A stretch of 64,000 bases of DNA from the human T2T-CHM13v2.0 reference genome, Homo sapiens. How positions within the stretch are numbered: the first letter of the stretch is position 1; each line of letters starts with the position of its first letter. Position numbers and translations under genes: made by a program. The DNA lies in NCBI RefSeq assembly GCF_009914755.1, contig NC_060931.1; one strand, written 5' to 3'. The notes beneath the pieces were generated by a model. That model saw nothing but the letters and a program-made list of their open reading frames with translations, made no database searches and was not told where the DNA came from. This document shows, piece by piece, positions 38,462-53,160 of the stretch.

Positions 38462-41400
38462 GTTGTGTGTCTATAGAACTGTTCTTTACATTCTTATAGT
38501 TCTTTCAAGTATTCTAATATAGACCGCTAGGGTATAAACCTGCCTGTCTTCCTTTACAATACCATACACAAAAATATTTCTAACACATAGTGTTTGACAT
38601 ACATACACACACTTATTTATAAACCTATGAAGTGGACTTGCACCTTTTAAGGACTATTTTCTTTCTGGGCATTTCCACTGAGAGTGTAAGTAATAAATAT
38701 TTATACTGCCTTTTGGAAATAGAGCAAGATTTGATTGTGAAAAGTGTACTTCTATGGATACTTGGTTCATGCTAAGGGGAATAGTGTTCCTCAAATACCA
38801 CGGTAGAATGATCTCTACGTAAAGGCAACACATTTGCCCCTACAATGTAAAGTTTAGTCTTTATAATTTATAGCCACAACCCTTTGATTTGCTGACTGTT
38901 TTTATGAAAAGGATAACTGATACATTTTACCGGAGACTTTCTGAGGATCACTCAGAAAGAAATGACAAAGTCTCTAGTATTTTCTCTCTTGAGTTAATTG
39001 AGATAATTACATTACTTGTAAATATTTGTTTGGTATTCAGACAGGTTGGGTTTTTTTGCTAGTCATTAAGCATTAATTACCAGTTTACATTATCAGTACA
39101 TAAATAAACTCTTAGAAAAATTACTATGCCAAAAATTTAAACAGTAGAGATATGAAAGTGACAGAAATAACTATCATATGCATGAACAATACTGAGAAAT
39201 CACGTTGCTTAGATGTCTTACTGTTACAAAGATTCTGCATGTTTTTATTCTTTCTTCAACATTCTCACTGTACCTTAATCATAGTATATTATTTGGCTAA
39301 GATATGACTTCATTCTTTAGAAAACATTGAATTTTGAATTGTGCAAGGTACTCATCATTTTAGGAGTTCTGCATTTTCCCATGGCCAGTAATTTTGAGAA
39401 AAATACACTGAAAAGATGTTGTACTGTAAATTGGTAGAAGCAGTTGTGAGACTATAAAATATTCTGAGTTACACAATGAGTCAGATAAACATTGAAAAGT
39501 ATGACCAACAGCATTCAAAGTAAACTTATTTTATAAGAAAGTATTGGTATGACCAGAACAATAGAATAAGTATTTTATCCACGCTACACATTGTATACAT
39601 TTGAGTCATATTCATAAGCCAATTGTGTATTGAGTTGAATAGCCTAATTAAAGTTTTATTACATCTATTAGAAAAAAATGAGAGATAACATTTAACAAAA
39701 AATGAAAGAAATGAAATAATTTCAGAAAAATTCAAATTCTCATATGGCCAAAGAAAACAAAAAGTAATGATAAAGTAGAAGGGAGAACAAATTAATAGCA
39801 TTCACAAACTTACCCACACATTATCAAAGTCTTCATCATCAGCCTAAATTATTATTAAAATATTATACTAATTGTAGGCCAATTTTAGAGGGCTTTCTAT
39901 GATCATGCAAATTTCACCCTTCCTTAAAGACCCATGTAATAAACAGCTTATTTACAGTAACATAAGTTCTGTTAAGGAATGGAGGTTTTTCTTTGGCCTT
40001 ATTAACTGCTATATCACCAGTATCTAGAAAGATGCTTATCAATAAAAGGTTCTCAATTAATTCTGAGTACATGCTACTCATTTCCTATATTTAAAACACC
40101 TTTAACGCTTGTTCAGGTCAATTAGTACACACACACAAACATTTATGTACGTGTGTGTATATTCGTATAAAATACATATATATTTGTATATATATACACA
40201 TATACATACATGCATTTTGTAACAAATGTATAGTCTTTGGTATATGTATTTTACCTTTGGAAAATATTTTGTACTACTGTTGTGGCAGGGACATTTAGTG
40301 CTCACTAAGTAGCCATTTAATGTCTTCTATTTCCTGGCTTCCCTTGCAGAGCTTTGAGCAAACGTGTAATGTATAATTTTCAGGCCAAGGCTGTTGACAC
40401 ACTGTATATCTCATTGGTTCTTCTTGTCTAATAATGTGGAATCCTTGAAGGAATCCTATTCTTAATTACAGTAACAGAGAGGGACAGTGCAAGCATTATT
40501 TGTCTTTAATACTAAATCCTTGAGATCCTGAATTTACATGTTATATCAACAGAGGCTATCCTCCTATGATTAATGCAGTTATTTGGTATTACCAGCTATC
40601 TAATTTTTATTATTTCACCTTTACAGATGGTGTTCCTTTTAGATGAAGAATACTGATAAAACAATGGTCTATGGGAAGCATGTGTTTATAAAACTCAATG
40701 TTCATTGATAAGATCTACACACAGAGTAGACATTCATGGAATATGAGTTGAATGGCTTAACATTGATTTCTTTCTCTTCCGTATGTTCTCTGTTCTCCTT
40801 TTCATTTGATGATCTATCTAGACATAGAAGCTCTAGCCTGTAATCTCAATCCTAATCTTTCTTACTTTCACTTTTTTGGGGATTCATCTTCATAATCCAA
40901 CAAAATCTCATCTTTGCTGATGTTGGTTTTCTTAATTTTAGTGAATAAAAAGGTGTATATTATTAGAATTCTGGATGAAGTGACTTTCTGGGCAACATGA
41001 AGATATATAGACAAGAAAGGTGCTCTTGTGGCCCTTGAAAGTTTACGTATTCCATACATCTGGGTGCCTTTTTTGTATCTCTTTTCCACTTAGTTGAATA
41101 TTTCTGTACAAATGAACTTATAGCTGAATCCTGTGCTCTGTTTGGTTACAAACACCCTGATCAAGACTAAGCCTTTGTCCACTCCACGTCTGAATGGCCT
41201 ACTCACCATCTCATCTGTTCTATGTTAGCAATGCTTTTTTTCATGGTGCAGTAATTCACTTTTCACCTTTTACATAATTTTTTTATTAACTCTTAGGCTG
41301 TTTCAGAGATGAAGTTAGGCAATACTGCTCCTTCAAAATGAAGGCTTGCCATTTTCCTGCCTTTGCTTTTCATTTCTTCGCTGAACTCCCTGACTTAGTC

Positions 41401-42189
41401 ATTCTATTCAATCCTTCATCTAATTATGCCCTACAAGAAAATGACTCTTACATCAATCTGCCCAACACTGAAGTCTCTCTAGGAAAAGAGCTTTATGTTT
41501 TAGGTATTCTTGATGCTCCAGGCATTTTATTTATGAGACTTGCATTAAACTATAGCCTCTTACACAGCACACCCCCGCTTCACTTACACAGTGGTACGCT
41601 GTTGCTAATGGAGACAGCTTGTAGGCTTCCCAACTAGATTTCTTATGGGTTCTGCTGATTCATTAGGAATAGACATTTCTGTATAATATATGGCCTTTGT
41701 TGTAATTTATGAAAATAACATTTTAAGTTTCAGAAAAAGGCTGATGATCTAAAATGACCAAGAAGCCACCACAACTTAGTAGAAAACACAAAAAAGTAGG
41801 TGTCTTACCTATTGAATTTAATTTTATTTGGGATAGTTTCTGTTGGAATTAGACTTTTGTTCTCATGTGCACGTAAGTGGGAGGTTTCATTATGGAGAGT
41901 GACATTAAAATAAAGGAGTGCAACCTCTGTATAATCTTGATGTGTTAACCCATGTTTTATGAACTCAAACTTATAAATTGCATTTGTTCAATCTTGTATA
42001 GGCATGAGGGTGCATTTAATACCTCTTCCACAACTGATTAATTCTCTTGGAAGTTTTTTATGTAAAGATAGACATATGACTGAGGCATGAATTTAATATT
42101 TGGCTGGAACATAGCATCGCAAATTCCATACTGGCTGTCATCATTTATTCTCAGTTATTATACACCCAGTAATGCTCTGGCGTTTTCAT

Positions 42190-42640
42190 TTAGCAGATAC
42201 TCGTATGAAGTTTTCCACGTAACAGGTACTGCTTTAGCACTGGGGATTCATAAACAGGAGAAATATTTTTTATAATATGTATTCTGAATGATATCTTACA
42301 TCTTAAAGCCAAGGGCATCTCTGGCAGAGAGCACATCAATTGCAAAGTTTCTTAGATGAGAGATAGCTTAATTTAGGAGAGAAAGAAAAGGAAACCATTG
42401 TGGCTGGAGCTTCCTTACCAAGTGGTGGGGGCTCAGCATCAAAACAGGAAGAGCAGGACCAGGAAGGGTCCTATGAAAAGTAGAAAACACTGAAGGGTTT
42501 TCAAAGGGAATTTTATAATAGGTAGGAATTGGAGTTTAATAGGGATTACTATGGCTTATGATGGAAAACAGATTACATGAAGAATTGAAGCAGAGTGGCC
42601 AGTTAATGTAACAGTTGAGAAATATGCATAATTCTTAGGA
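42190..42640 (-). mobile_element. L2 fragment
   Basis: catttagcagatactc...caggtactgctttagcactggggat...ccattgtggctggagc. Confidence 0.55.
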
Positions 42641-42987
42641 TAACTCAGCTGTGGTTCCACTACCCTGTGGATCTTTCATTGAGATAAGGCTCTAAAGACT
42701 CTTTTCTCCTATATCCTTTATTAAGAATAAAAATAGCCTGACTGATCCCCTCCACAAGATAATGATGAAGCGAAGCAAAGAGATAAACAAGAAAAGCTTT
42801 TTTTTTTTTAAAAAAGTCTATTACCAATCTTATTTCTGTTCCTCCCATTAAGGTTTCACCTTTAGCAATGTGATACACTTTTGTTCTCTTTCTTGAAATG
42901 CTAAATTCTGGCATCTCCAATGTGATTGGAACACTTTCGCAGAAAATTGCCTGGGTTCCCCCAGGAGATCAACTATCTGTTTCAAAA

Positions 42988-43510
42988 AAGTGGTTTCCAA
43001 ACGTTTACATGCATGAGGTTCTTACATGTGAGAGGGCTCTAAGCATCTGTCTTGCTGGACCTTACATCTAGAATTTCTGATCCACGAGGCATGCAAAGGG
43101 GCCCATGAATCTATGAATCTGCATTTCTTTTCTTTTCTTTTTTTTTTTTTTGGAGATGGAGTCTCGCTCTGTCACCCAGGTTGGAGTGCAGTGGCACAAT
43201 CTTGGCTCACTGCAACCTCCGCCTCCTGGGTTCAAGCGATTCTCCTGCCTCAGGCTCCTGAGTAGCTGGGACTACAGGTGCACGCTGCCACGCCTGGCCA
43301 CATTTTTGTATTTTAGTAGAGACGGGGTTTCACCGTTGTTGCCCAGGCTGGTGTTGAACTCCTGAGCTCAGGCAATCCACCTGCCTCGGCCTCCCAGCGT
43401 GCTAGGATTACAGGCATGAGCCACCACGCCCGGCCATGAATCTGCATTTCTAAGAAGTTCCCGGATGAGGCTGATGCTCCTGCTCAGGAGACCATGTGTC
43501 AGAGCCACAG
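42988..43510. mobile_element. MER5A (hAT-Charlie) split by an Alu
   Basis: gtggtttccaaac...gaatttctgatcc...ggggcccatgaatc | tgcatttctaagaagttcccggatgaggctgatgct. Confidence 0.75.
43129..43435 (-). mobile_element. AluS
   Basis: Full dimer; perfect 16-bp TSD atgaatctgcatttct at 43113-43128 and 43436-43451. Confidence 0.96.
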
Positions 43511-43857
43511 TTTGAAAGTCTTGTGAATCCATCTGAAACTTTAGTCTGGGAAGGACTGCCTAATGAGGGTCTTTATGTCTTGTTATTAATATACAAACAA
43601 ATAATCAAAGACATGGTATTTTGGACCCCAAAATTATATTTGGCCTTCATTTCTAGCTTTATCTGCTTCTCAGTTTCTTCTAATAATATAATATTATAAC
43701 ATATTATAATATATTACAACAATAATATAATACAATATACAAATAACAATAATCTAATACAGTTTAATGATAAGTTATTAATATAATATAGCTAATAGTT
43801 AATTTTTAATGTACAGTATTAAAGATATATGTGTTTGGACACTTGCTGAAGACCAGA

Positions 43858-43968
43858 CAGAAAAAATAAAGGAAAGAGGAAAATGAAGGAAGAGGAGAAG
43901 AAAATGAAAATGAGGAGAAGGGAGAAGCAGAGTAGGAGGGAGAGGGAGGAGAAAGAAAAAGAGAGAGG
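43858..43968. repeat. GA-rich low-complexity tract
   Basis: Nearly pure purine run. Confidence 0.85.
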
Positions 43969-44234
43969 CAGTGGTTTTACTAATTCTTTGGAGGCAGATG
44001 AATATCGCATTCTATTCTATTCCACAAGATATGCTTTCTTCCCCACTGAGAACTTGTCTCCATGACATTTTCCACTGATAATTTCATAAAAGTTTTAAAC
44101 TATATTAAATTCAATATGTTGATATTGATATTTAGTATATTGATAATTTAACATATTCTGGCCAAAATCGACCATGTATTATAGAAACAAGAGTTGAAAT
44201 TTAGTATTTCTTTGTTGTTTTTTGAAATGTCTTG

Positions 44235-44360
44235 CTCCTAAATCACAGTAAGATCATTAGCTTCAGTTTTTCAAGTATAAAATGGAAAAAATTACCTACC
44301 TCATTGAGTTGCTGTGAGGGCACAACTAGATAAGGTATGCAAAGTGTTTAACTCACTATG
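44235..44360 (+). mobile_element. MIR fragment
   Basis: cttcagtttttcaagtataaaatgg...acctacctcattgagttgctgtgaggg. Confidence 0.7.
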
Positions 44361-44424
44361 CAACCTTCAGCACTTTTTAATCTTTCTTATATGTAGGTAC
44401 TTTTGAAAAAACAAAACAAATATA

Positions 44425-44866
44425 TACTCTAATGGGTTGACTACTGTCTCCCCAAAATCCACATCCATGTGAAATCTCAGATTATGGCCCTATTTGGATA
44501 TAGGATCTTTGAGAATGTAATGAATGAATGATCCTGAAGATGATATTATTCATTCACTTGACCCTTCTTATATAGGGCTGCCCCTTATGAGAAGAGGAGA
44601 GGATATGGTGTTACATAGAAAAGGGGGTGATGTGAAGATGGACACTGAGATTGGAATGATTTCTCTAGAAGCCAAAGAAATCTGTGGACACAAGAACCTG
44701 GAAGAGTCAAGGAAGGATTTTCTCCTAAAGCCTTCAGTGGAAGCAGGCCCTGCTGGCACTTTGATTTCAGCTTTCTAACCTTTGGAACTACAAGAGAATA
44801 AATTTCTGTTGTTTGAGACACTAAATTTGTGGTAATTGATGAGGGCTGCCCTAAGAAACTGATGCA
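44425..44866 (+). mobile_element. MLT1C/D-type LTR
   Basis: aatgggttgactactgtctcccc...tgtgaagatggacactgagattgg...gagaataaatttctgttg...aaactgatgca. Confidence 0.8.
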
Positions 44867-44955
44867 CACACCAGTCACTTCTGTTACTGTCAGTTTTACA
44901 TTTTTAGTTTGTGTCATATTCCTTTCTTGCCTTCATTTTCTGACCCGATGTGGAT

Positions 44956-45408
44956 TGTATTAGATTCCCATGGCTACTGTAATAAATCACTACATGCTTG
45001 GTGGATTAAACAATGTTCATTTATTCTTACAGGTTTTGAGGCCAAAAGTCTGAAATCAAATTTACTGGGCCAAAATCCAGGTGTTTCCAGGACTGTATTT
45101 CTTCTGGAGGCTGTAGGGGAAAATCTCTTCTCTTTTCTTTCTCAACTTCTAGAGGTCACCTACTTTCCTTAGCTCATGGCCCCTTCCTTCCTTCACTCCA
45201 ATCTCTCACTTCTGTCATCACATCTCCTACTTTTATATCAGATTTTCCTCTGTGTCTGTCTTACAAGAATGCTTGTGATTTAGGTTCAAGCACATAATCA
45301 GGATAATTTCTCCATCTCAAAATCCTTAACTTGGTCACACTACAAGGTCCACAGGTTCTAGGTCTTAGGACATGGATGTCTTTGGGGGCCATTATTCAGC
45401 CTACCACA
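44956..45408 (-). mobile_element. MLT1D-type LTR
   Basis: tgtattagattcccatggctactgtaataaatcac...gggggccattattcagcctaccaca. Confidence 0.82.
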
Positions 45409-46064
45409 GAGGCTAACATTTTAAACTTTAATTTGGGTCCTGTTTCAGATTATCTATATTCATTCTATTCTCTTAATTGTATGAAATCCCAATACCCTAA
45501 CCTGTTGACCTGAAAAAACTGATAGAGAAACCAAATCAACGAAATAGATGATAAACAGGATTTAAATACATACACAAGGCACTGTGCTCACTAAGCTCCA
45601 CTTCAAGCCCAGGTTAAACACAGAGTCCATGGGACATGAGCCCAGTTGACTCCCCGGGCCTTAAGACAAAGAGACAAGGATAAATATTTGTACCAAAACC
45701 GTCCCACGGTGATGGTATAGGTGCTCCCTATGGGCAAATTCAAAAACTGTTTTGGAAAATGGTGAGTCCTAACATGAAGGTATTCAATTAATTTAGGAAT
45801 AAAATTTAAAAGGTGAAATAGAATGTATTTGGAATTAAGAAGCAAAAATGTAATCAACTATGTCAGACTGCGTGAGGAAGTGTAGGTAAAGAGAAAAAGG
45901 AAGATAAGCTTAGAGTTTTGAAATACAAACCCAAAGATCTTGGGGAAAGGGACCTTTTCAGGGTTATGGCTTCCTAATTTTTGCTTATTGATATTAACCC
46001 ATTAGAGTATTTTTTTTGAAGAAGAAGAAGAACACATGAGATTTTCAAAGCCCAATGCTATTGA

Positions 46065-46420
<356 letters not shown>

Positions 46421-47879
46421 AAGTTTGAGTTTTATGCCAGCAAGTTAGTCTTCAAGAGTGTGGGCTCCCTTTCTTGACCTTGTATATCAGAGATAAAATG
46501 CTGACCAGTCTGACAGAGTTCAGCCCTTGCACCGCCTATGGAAATTAAATGAGCTGCAAACATGTCTGTGTGAACCCGAAGTGATGGCTTGAGAGTTTAG
46601 GTTTTGTTTGTTTTCAAACTTTATTGTATGGATAAGTTAAAATTAGCATGCATTATTTCCATAAATAGTTATAAACCATTACATATTTTATGTAGAATAA
46701 AAGGCAGTAAACTTGCAAGGAGGCCTGGGTGACGGCTGGCATGTGCTTCTTAATAATGGCCTTGGCCTTTTCACAAGACAGTTTTTTATTTTGCTTTCTT
46801 GTTTGGTTTTCCTTGGGTTGCTTCTCTTTCTCTGTTTTCAAAATTTTTTCTGCATGTCCTAAAGTATTTCATATTAGTTTATGTATCTGGAGAAAGAGAT
46901 TAAACACACTATTTTTAACTCAAAGTTATTGTAAAGTTACTGAGATGAACATCTTGTATGCACTATCTATTCTCGTGGTTTCAGTGAAGTTTTCCTCTAT
47001 TGTTGCTCCTTGAAGTGCAAAGTGATTATAGTGTTGTCAATATTTTAGCAACAGGATTTCACAAGACCATATCCGTGAATGATAACTGAGTGATAATGAG
47101 CCATCCAAGTGACCACTTAGAAGAGTGGTTTCTTCGCCTAAATGAGGAGAATGGAGTGTTCCAGGCAGGTGGGGCCATTTTACTAATGTTCAGGGGGCCT
47201 ACTAGACTCCCATTAAGGATGAGAGCACTTCTCTGTCACTACTCTGCTGAACAGGAGCACATTTACATAAAACGGAGGTGTAAAGCTTACGCCAACCTGG
47301 ACACTTTTTGCCAGTGTAGAAGCTAAGAGCCTACATAAATCATGAAGGAAGCAGAAGAAAATAGCACTTCATTTCTTCTACTATCAATAGGTCTCTAGTG
47401 AACACTTCACAGGATTGTTCTTAGACAACTTGGTAAGAAACATGGTTAGAGTGCCAAGTTAGAGGGGATGTCTTGTGATAATCACCTATGAAACACAGAT
47501 TTCTATTGTGTTGATCCACAGTTTGTAGAATTGCATACACTGTATCATGCTTGTCATATAAAAATAAGAACATATTGAAGAATATATATCAAAATTACAT
47601 AAATTATGCCTTTTACTGGTACGAATAAGTGATTTTCTTTTGCTCTCTGTTTCCATGTATTCCAAAGTTTCGATTAAATAAGAAAATTGGTGGAATAAAT
47701 TATTTTTAATGAGTGAAAATAGCAGATAAATGGAAAATCCTAGAGAGCTTTAACATTGATAGTGCTTGCCAAATAAAGGTGATATTGACCTGATAAGTAT
47801 TAATCTTGACTTTAAAGATTTCCAAACATCCGACTTGCCACTTGACACATTTGTATTTTTCAAGTATTTGTGAGCCATT

Positions 47880-48420
47880 AGAAGAAGGTTGATGGTTCTA
47901 TGTGACTAGAAAGCTCAAACATCACTTCCTGGGCTAAATTTCAACTCTTGACCCACAAAGATACGCCCTTTGTCTGCTCCCTGTCACCCCATCTCATTAA
48001 ATGGCACCACTGTTACCAGAACTTGCTGAGCCATGCTGAATACTTCATCTCTCTATTATTCTTTTCTCTATTACTTTCCTCTTGAAGCAATTTTATCTAT
48101 AAAATATCCCTCATCTATCATTTTATCTCCATCTCTATTGCCATCTTGTTAATATAGACACAATCATCTTTCTTTTGGACTGCTGATCTTCTGGTTCCCA
48201 CTAATTTTCTCCTCTCTATGCAGAAGCAAGAGTGATCTTTAAAATTAGATGGGTCCTGCCACATTTATTTAAGATATTTCAATGACTTCTTTTTCTGTGC
48301 ACTTGAATTAAATTTTGGCACTTTAGGAATACATGGCAAACCCTGCATACGACTGTCCTCCTGAATTTTCAATCTCAGCTTATATCATTATCTCCTTTGC
48401 TCATATCACTTCAACCATGA
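47880..48420 (+). mobile_element. L2 fragment
   Basis: ctcaaacatcac...ccatctcattaaatggcaccac...gcaagagtgatctttaaaat. Confidence 0.6.
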
Positions 48421-49497
48421 GAAATGTTAAGGAGAAATAATGCAAGATATGTTAAAAAGAGGAGCTTCTATCATGAAGAAGACAAGCTGGAGATGATTGT
48501 ATAGAAGTATATACAGAGATCTGCTTTTTTTTTTTTTTTTCTGGGCAGCTAACAGTTCTTGGGAATAGTTGCCATGCAAAATACCCAAAGATTGGACATC
48601 TATTTACCCATGTTCATGCCAATAAATGGGCTGCCCCAACTTACCCAAACTCAGTTGACTGTTGAGATAACAGAGAGCAGTGATTAGGGTTTGTCATCTC
48701 AGGTCACAACTAGCGAGAGACAGAAATGTCTTAGAAGCTGAGGTGCCCATGGATGGGCCTTGCTAGCCATACGTTGTTGGCAGTTGGAGGCAGACCAGCT
48801 GGGAATGTCAGTTACGACTTGCCTCTGCCTCCCATCCTTAGTCAGATGTATGGAAACTGTGGCCTATACTTACGCCACAGAACTGGAAACTCATTAGCAT
48901 TTCCTAGTGCAAGAGAAGCCTGGAACTTGGAGGGGAAATTGGAAAAAACTCATATAATACCTTCATTGAATATCATAGAATGAAGTAAACTATTTTGGAT
49001 TATTTTATTACATCTTTCACTTTATGCTTAACTTTAATTTCTGTCAGTAAGTATCTTTGATTGTTTATTGCTGTTTGCTTCTAACTCAAAACACAATGTA
49101 AACATAATTGAAGGAACTCCAGGAGAAAATAAGTAACCTTCAGCAGCTACGGAAAATAACTGCAGGAGATTTAGAATAAGTTAGAAGAAAAATATTTTAA
49201 ATGATATATAAGAAGAAAGAAATCTGGGAAAAATAACAAATAAGCCTGGAGAATTAATGTCACAGATAAAACTGCTTCTGTGCTGCCAATCTTAATCTAT
49301 GCATTTGTTAGCAAAGCACCATTCTTTTTTCTTGCTGGGGCATGTGGAAAGAATGAGTCAATTGTATCATCCTTATTTTATTAATAACAATTGGAATGTT
49401 AGGTCATTATCAACATAAAAGTTCTTAGAAGCCTACACTGCACATGTGGAATATTTTTATTTGTAAAACAGTTACTTAATGAAAGCAGATTTTGCAA

Positions 49498-49614
49498 AAC
49501 AGAAATAAAATATATATAAGGAAACTGCAATTTTCCAATTTTCCCATAGACCAACAGAAATAAAATATATATATATAAGGTAAACTGCAATTTTCCAATT
49601 TTCCCATAGACCAA
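49498..49614. repeat. Tandem duplication (55/60-bp units)
   Basis: aacagaaataaaatatatataagg(t)aaactgcaattttccaattttcccatagacc occurs twice. Confidence 0.93.
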
Positions 49615-50499
49615 AGGTACATAACTTTGCTTGCTTACTGCAAATATGTTCATTACTTTTCATTTGCAACACAGTAGCACAGATAAGAATGGAACCTATG
49701 AATAAGTAGGTTTGATTTACAATCTTTTGGATATACATACTCCCAACTGGATTAACCCATGTCCCCCAGTACAACCAAGAAGCCATCAAGGGAGATGATA
49801 TGAATTTAAAGTATGCTAATTTCTCTAGAGTCTTCAATTCTCTTTTATTTAATGAGCTTACCTTTAACTTGATGTTCCTAATCTTACATTATGTTTTAAT
49901 CTTTAACAGGAAATTAGCAAACTCTTAGGTTTTTCTTGTCCTCATTTTATTTTGTTTGCCTGAGATGCATGCATAGGATTTAAGTGCAGTAGCAAGTGTT
50001 GTGTCCCTTTACAGGGTTTTAAATTGTATTATGTGATGACAACCATCTGCTCAGAGTCTCATTTATCTTTTCCATGGAAGCAACTTGAAATTAAAATTGA
50101 CAGTAATGCTGTTCTGCAGGCACTTACACAGAAAGCAAAGTGGTGTACATCTCTGCTGATGGAAAACAGAGTATCTTAATACTTAATACTTTTGTATTTA
50201 ATTAGAATGTTATATAGTATACTCTGTAAAAGTAAAGTGATGCTGCAAAGCACAGATCTAATGAAGGAAATGGTATGGGTAGTTCAGCAAACCTCCTCCA
50301 TCATACAATAGAAAACAGAAAATGTGCGTTTCTGGAGTTCTTGGACGAATAGAGAAGCCACTTAGGATTGCAAAGGTGGAAACACAAATTAACTAATCTA
50401 ATTAATTACTTTTATTAGTAAGGGAATTCAAATAAATGACTTCTTTCAACATCACTAAAAGCTGTGTGATAACAACAACACTGTATTTGAATTTAGAAT

Positions 50500-50640
50500 G
50501 ACGGGCTTTCAACTCCTACCCTGTGGCCTCTTAGCCTATATAATTGAGAAAATATATTTAACCTCCTTGTATCCATCTGGTGCTCTGTCAAATGGGGATT
50601 GTTTAGAAAATCAGATAATTCAGTGTGTTAAAGTTTGTTT
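50500..50640 (+). mobile_element. MIR fragment
   Basis: tatttaacctccttgtatcc...ctgtcaaatggggat. Confidence 0.55.
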
Positions 50641-50739
50641 AGCAAAAAATAACAAATTAGACAACATTTTAAGAACATTTTCTGGGTTGGGAATGCACAG
50701 CATCTCCCTTTTGGTCCTGCAGCACTCCCTTGGTAGTGA

Positions 50740-51053
<314 letters not shown>

Positions 51054-51253
51054 TGGAGTCACCTTTAAGGAACCTCAAAGCTGTGCAAAAGGTGACCAAA
51101 AAAAAAAAAAAAATCTGAAATGTGATATGGAAAAGGGCTTTGAAAAAAATATGAATCATCATGCAATTACTATATGTTGTTAAAATTAAGTGTTGTTACT
51201 TGTTAATGTGTGTTTGTAAAGTTCAGTTTTAGAAGAAGAGCAAATGCTTCTGA

Positions 51254-51680
51254 TGTGGATTAGTAGATGGGATACTCTGCTTGGCCACACAGGTGCCCTC
51301 TGAATGATCAACGTTTTTTGACCTACTGCTGCCAGACAGATAAACTCCAAGGTTACAGCTGCCTTCCTCTCTGGGAACTTGCCTAATAATTTGACTTCCT
51401 TCTAAGTCACTTCTTCTCCAGTGACTAGTCAATGTGGGGTATGATGTCTGGTCTTTGCACCTTAGTCCTGGACATATTTAAAGTGTGATTCCTGCCACAG
51501 AATTTTCCATATAATCAGCTGTTTCCTCCTTTGCAGCATAATCCCACTTTTATTTATCCCTCTGCTCAGTGCTGCTTTCCTCAACCCACATAAGGTTGTT
51601 TCCTGGAGATCTCTCCCAGTGAACCTCCTGTATGCCACCCTCTATCTCAGAGTCTATTTCCAGGTGATGAATCTAAAACA
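51254..51680 (+). mobile_element. LTR16-family ERVL 5' LTR
   Basis: Ends gaacctcctgtatgccaccctctatctcagagtctatttccagg...ctaaaaca, as in LTR16. Confidence 0.7.
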
Positions 51681-53160
51681 TTTTGTTCCAAGAGCAGCCA
51701 TAGGAATAAAACTCCAAAATAAGATTTTAGAGTTGTATCACCCACTTTCTAACTGGTCCTCCTTGCTGGTAGTAGACAAAGTACTGATAGCTCTTGAGAT
51801 GTTGCAATAGCACAATTGATGAGATGGTCACTGGTGTTGAACCATGTGATAAGATGCCTGTGGCTGGCATAATATCACAGGCATTTGAGAAACTCGGGGA
51901 AGTAGTTATTGTAAATATTATGGAATCAGATATCTGTTGTTGTGTGCTATTGACATGGGAGAAATGAATAAGGCTGAGGGTAATCAGTCATCAATTTAAG
52001 GCCTCCTTGGAATCTTAAAAAGGCATTTTTATCTTCAGCAAGAATAAAAAATAAGCAGAATGTCAAATGCAGGACTTAATTAAAAGGGTAGGTGAGCTCG
52101 AAAGAAGGTTGAATTCTCACCCCAGCAAATTCCCTACGTGGAATTGAAGGTGGTGAGTTGAAAGGAATATGACCCAACAATTGTGAGTGTGATATCCAGA
52201 TTGATATACTTGAAGACTTTGAAATTCTCAATATGCTCTGAAATTGTAGGTCCTGCAGAAATAGCCCACTCCTCTCCGTTAAGTGCTGGTGTTTCTGCTT
52301 CCTTGCAGACAATGAGACTTCTGCCTTACAAGACATCAAGCATCCCATGCAACATTTACTGCCAACTCAGCTTCTGCCCATTAGATCAATAACTAATTCA
52401 GCCAGGGAAGTGTTGTGTTTGCTAAGGGAATAAAAAGGGTTTATACACTATAGGAGACAGGATCAGTAGTTGCACAATTATGCAACTTGATCTTGATGAT
52501 GGTGTAACAAAAGCAGACAACACACATTTAGATGAAGGAGAATTTATCGAAAGAGAAGGAGGACAAATATGACTCGTTAACATCTTTACCAAGAATCCTA
52601 GGTATTCCTATGCGCTAGGGTGGCTCTTGGAATCTTGTGCAAATAAGAACTCTACTTAAATGAAGTGGAAATGTTAAGAACTTCCAGGAAAAAATGCAGA
52701 GGAAAATAATCAAAAGACTTAGGGAGATTTCCCTGCTAGATAATCTTTATTACGTAAGTTTGAAAATCCTACCTGTTGACTATGCTCCACGGGAAATTCT
52801 AGAGAACATACCGTTTGTAAGAAATGCTGTGCTGAAAACAGTACCATTCATTTTGAGAGGTTTCATTGTTACTGATCTTCTTAGGCTGGTATAATTGAGG
52901 GAGATAGCATTACAGGACTTGGCTCTCTATAACGTTAGGCACAACAGCACCTTGAAATAATAGGGGCCAGGGTGCAGAGCTTAACTGTAGGTAGCAAGGT
53001 GGAAGCAATTACCACAGTGAATGACAAGGTCTCAGTGACAGCCAGGGGTTGCTGACCTAAAGAAAATTACAGAGATATTTAATAAAACATGGTACACTTA
53101 AGGGTAAGATGGATGGGCAGCCAAGAGGAGTAATGCTTAATTTGTACAATAAAAATTAAA
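51681..53160 (+). mobile_element. ERVL internal remnant (ERV3-16A3-like leader/gag region), degenerate
   Basis: Directly follows the LTR; aagattttagagttgtatcaccc...ggacttaattaaaagggtagg...gaaggttgaattctca...gatgggcagccaa. Confidence 0.62.

Noticed and set aside
43883-44065. E/K/R-rich coiled-coil-like ORF
   Set aside because: Translation of a GA-rich low-complexity tract
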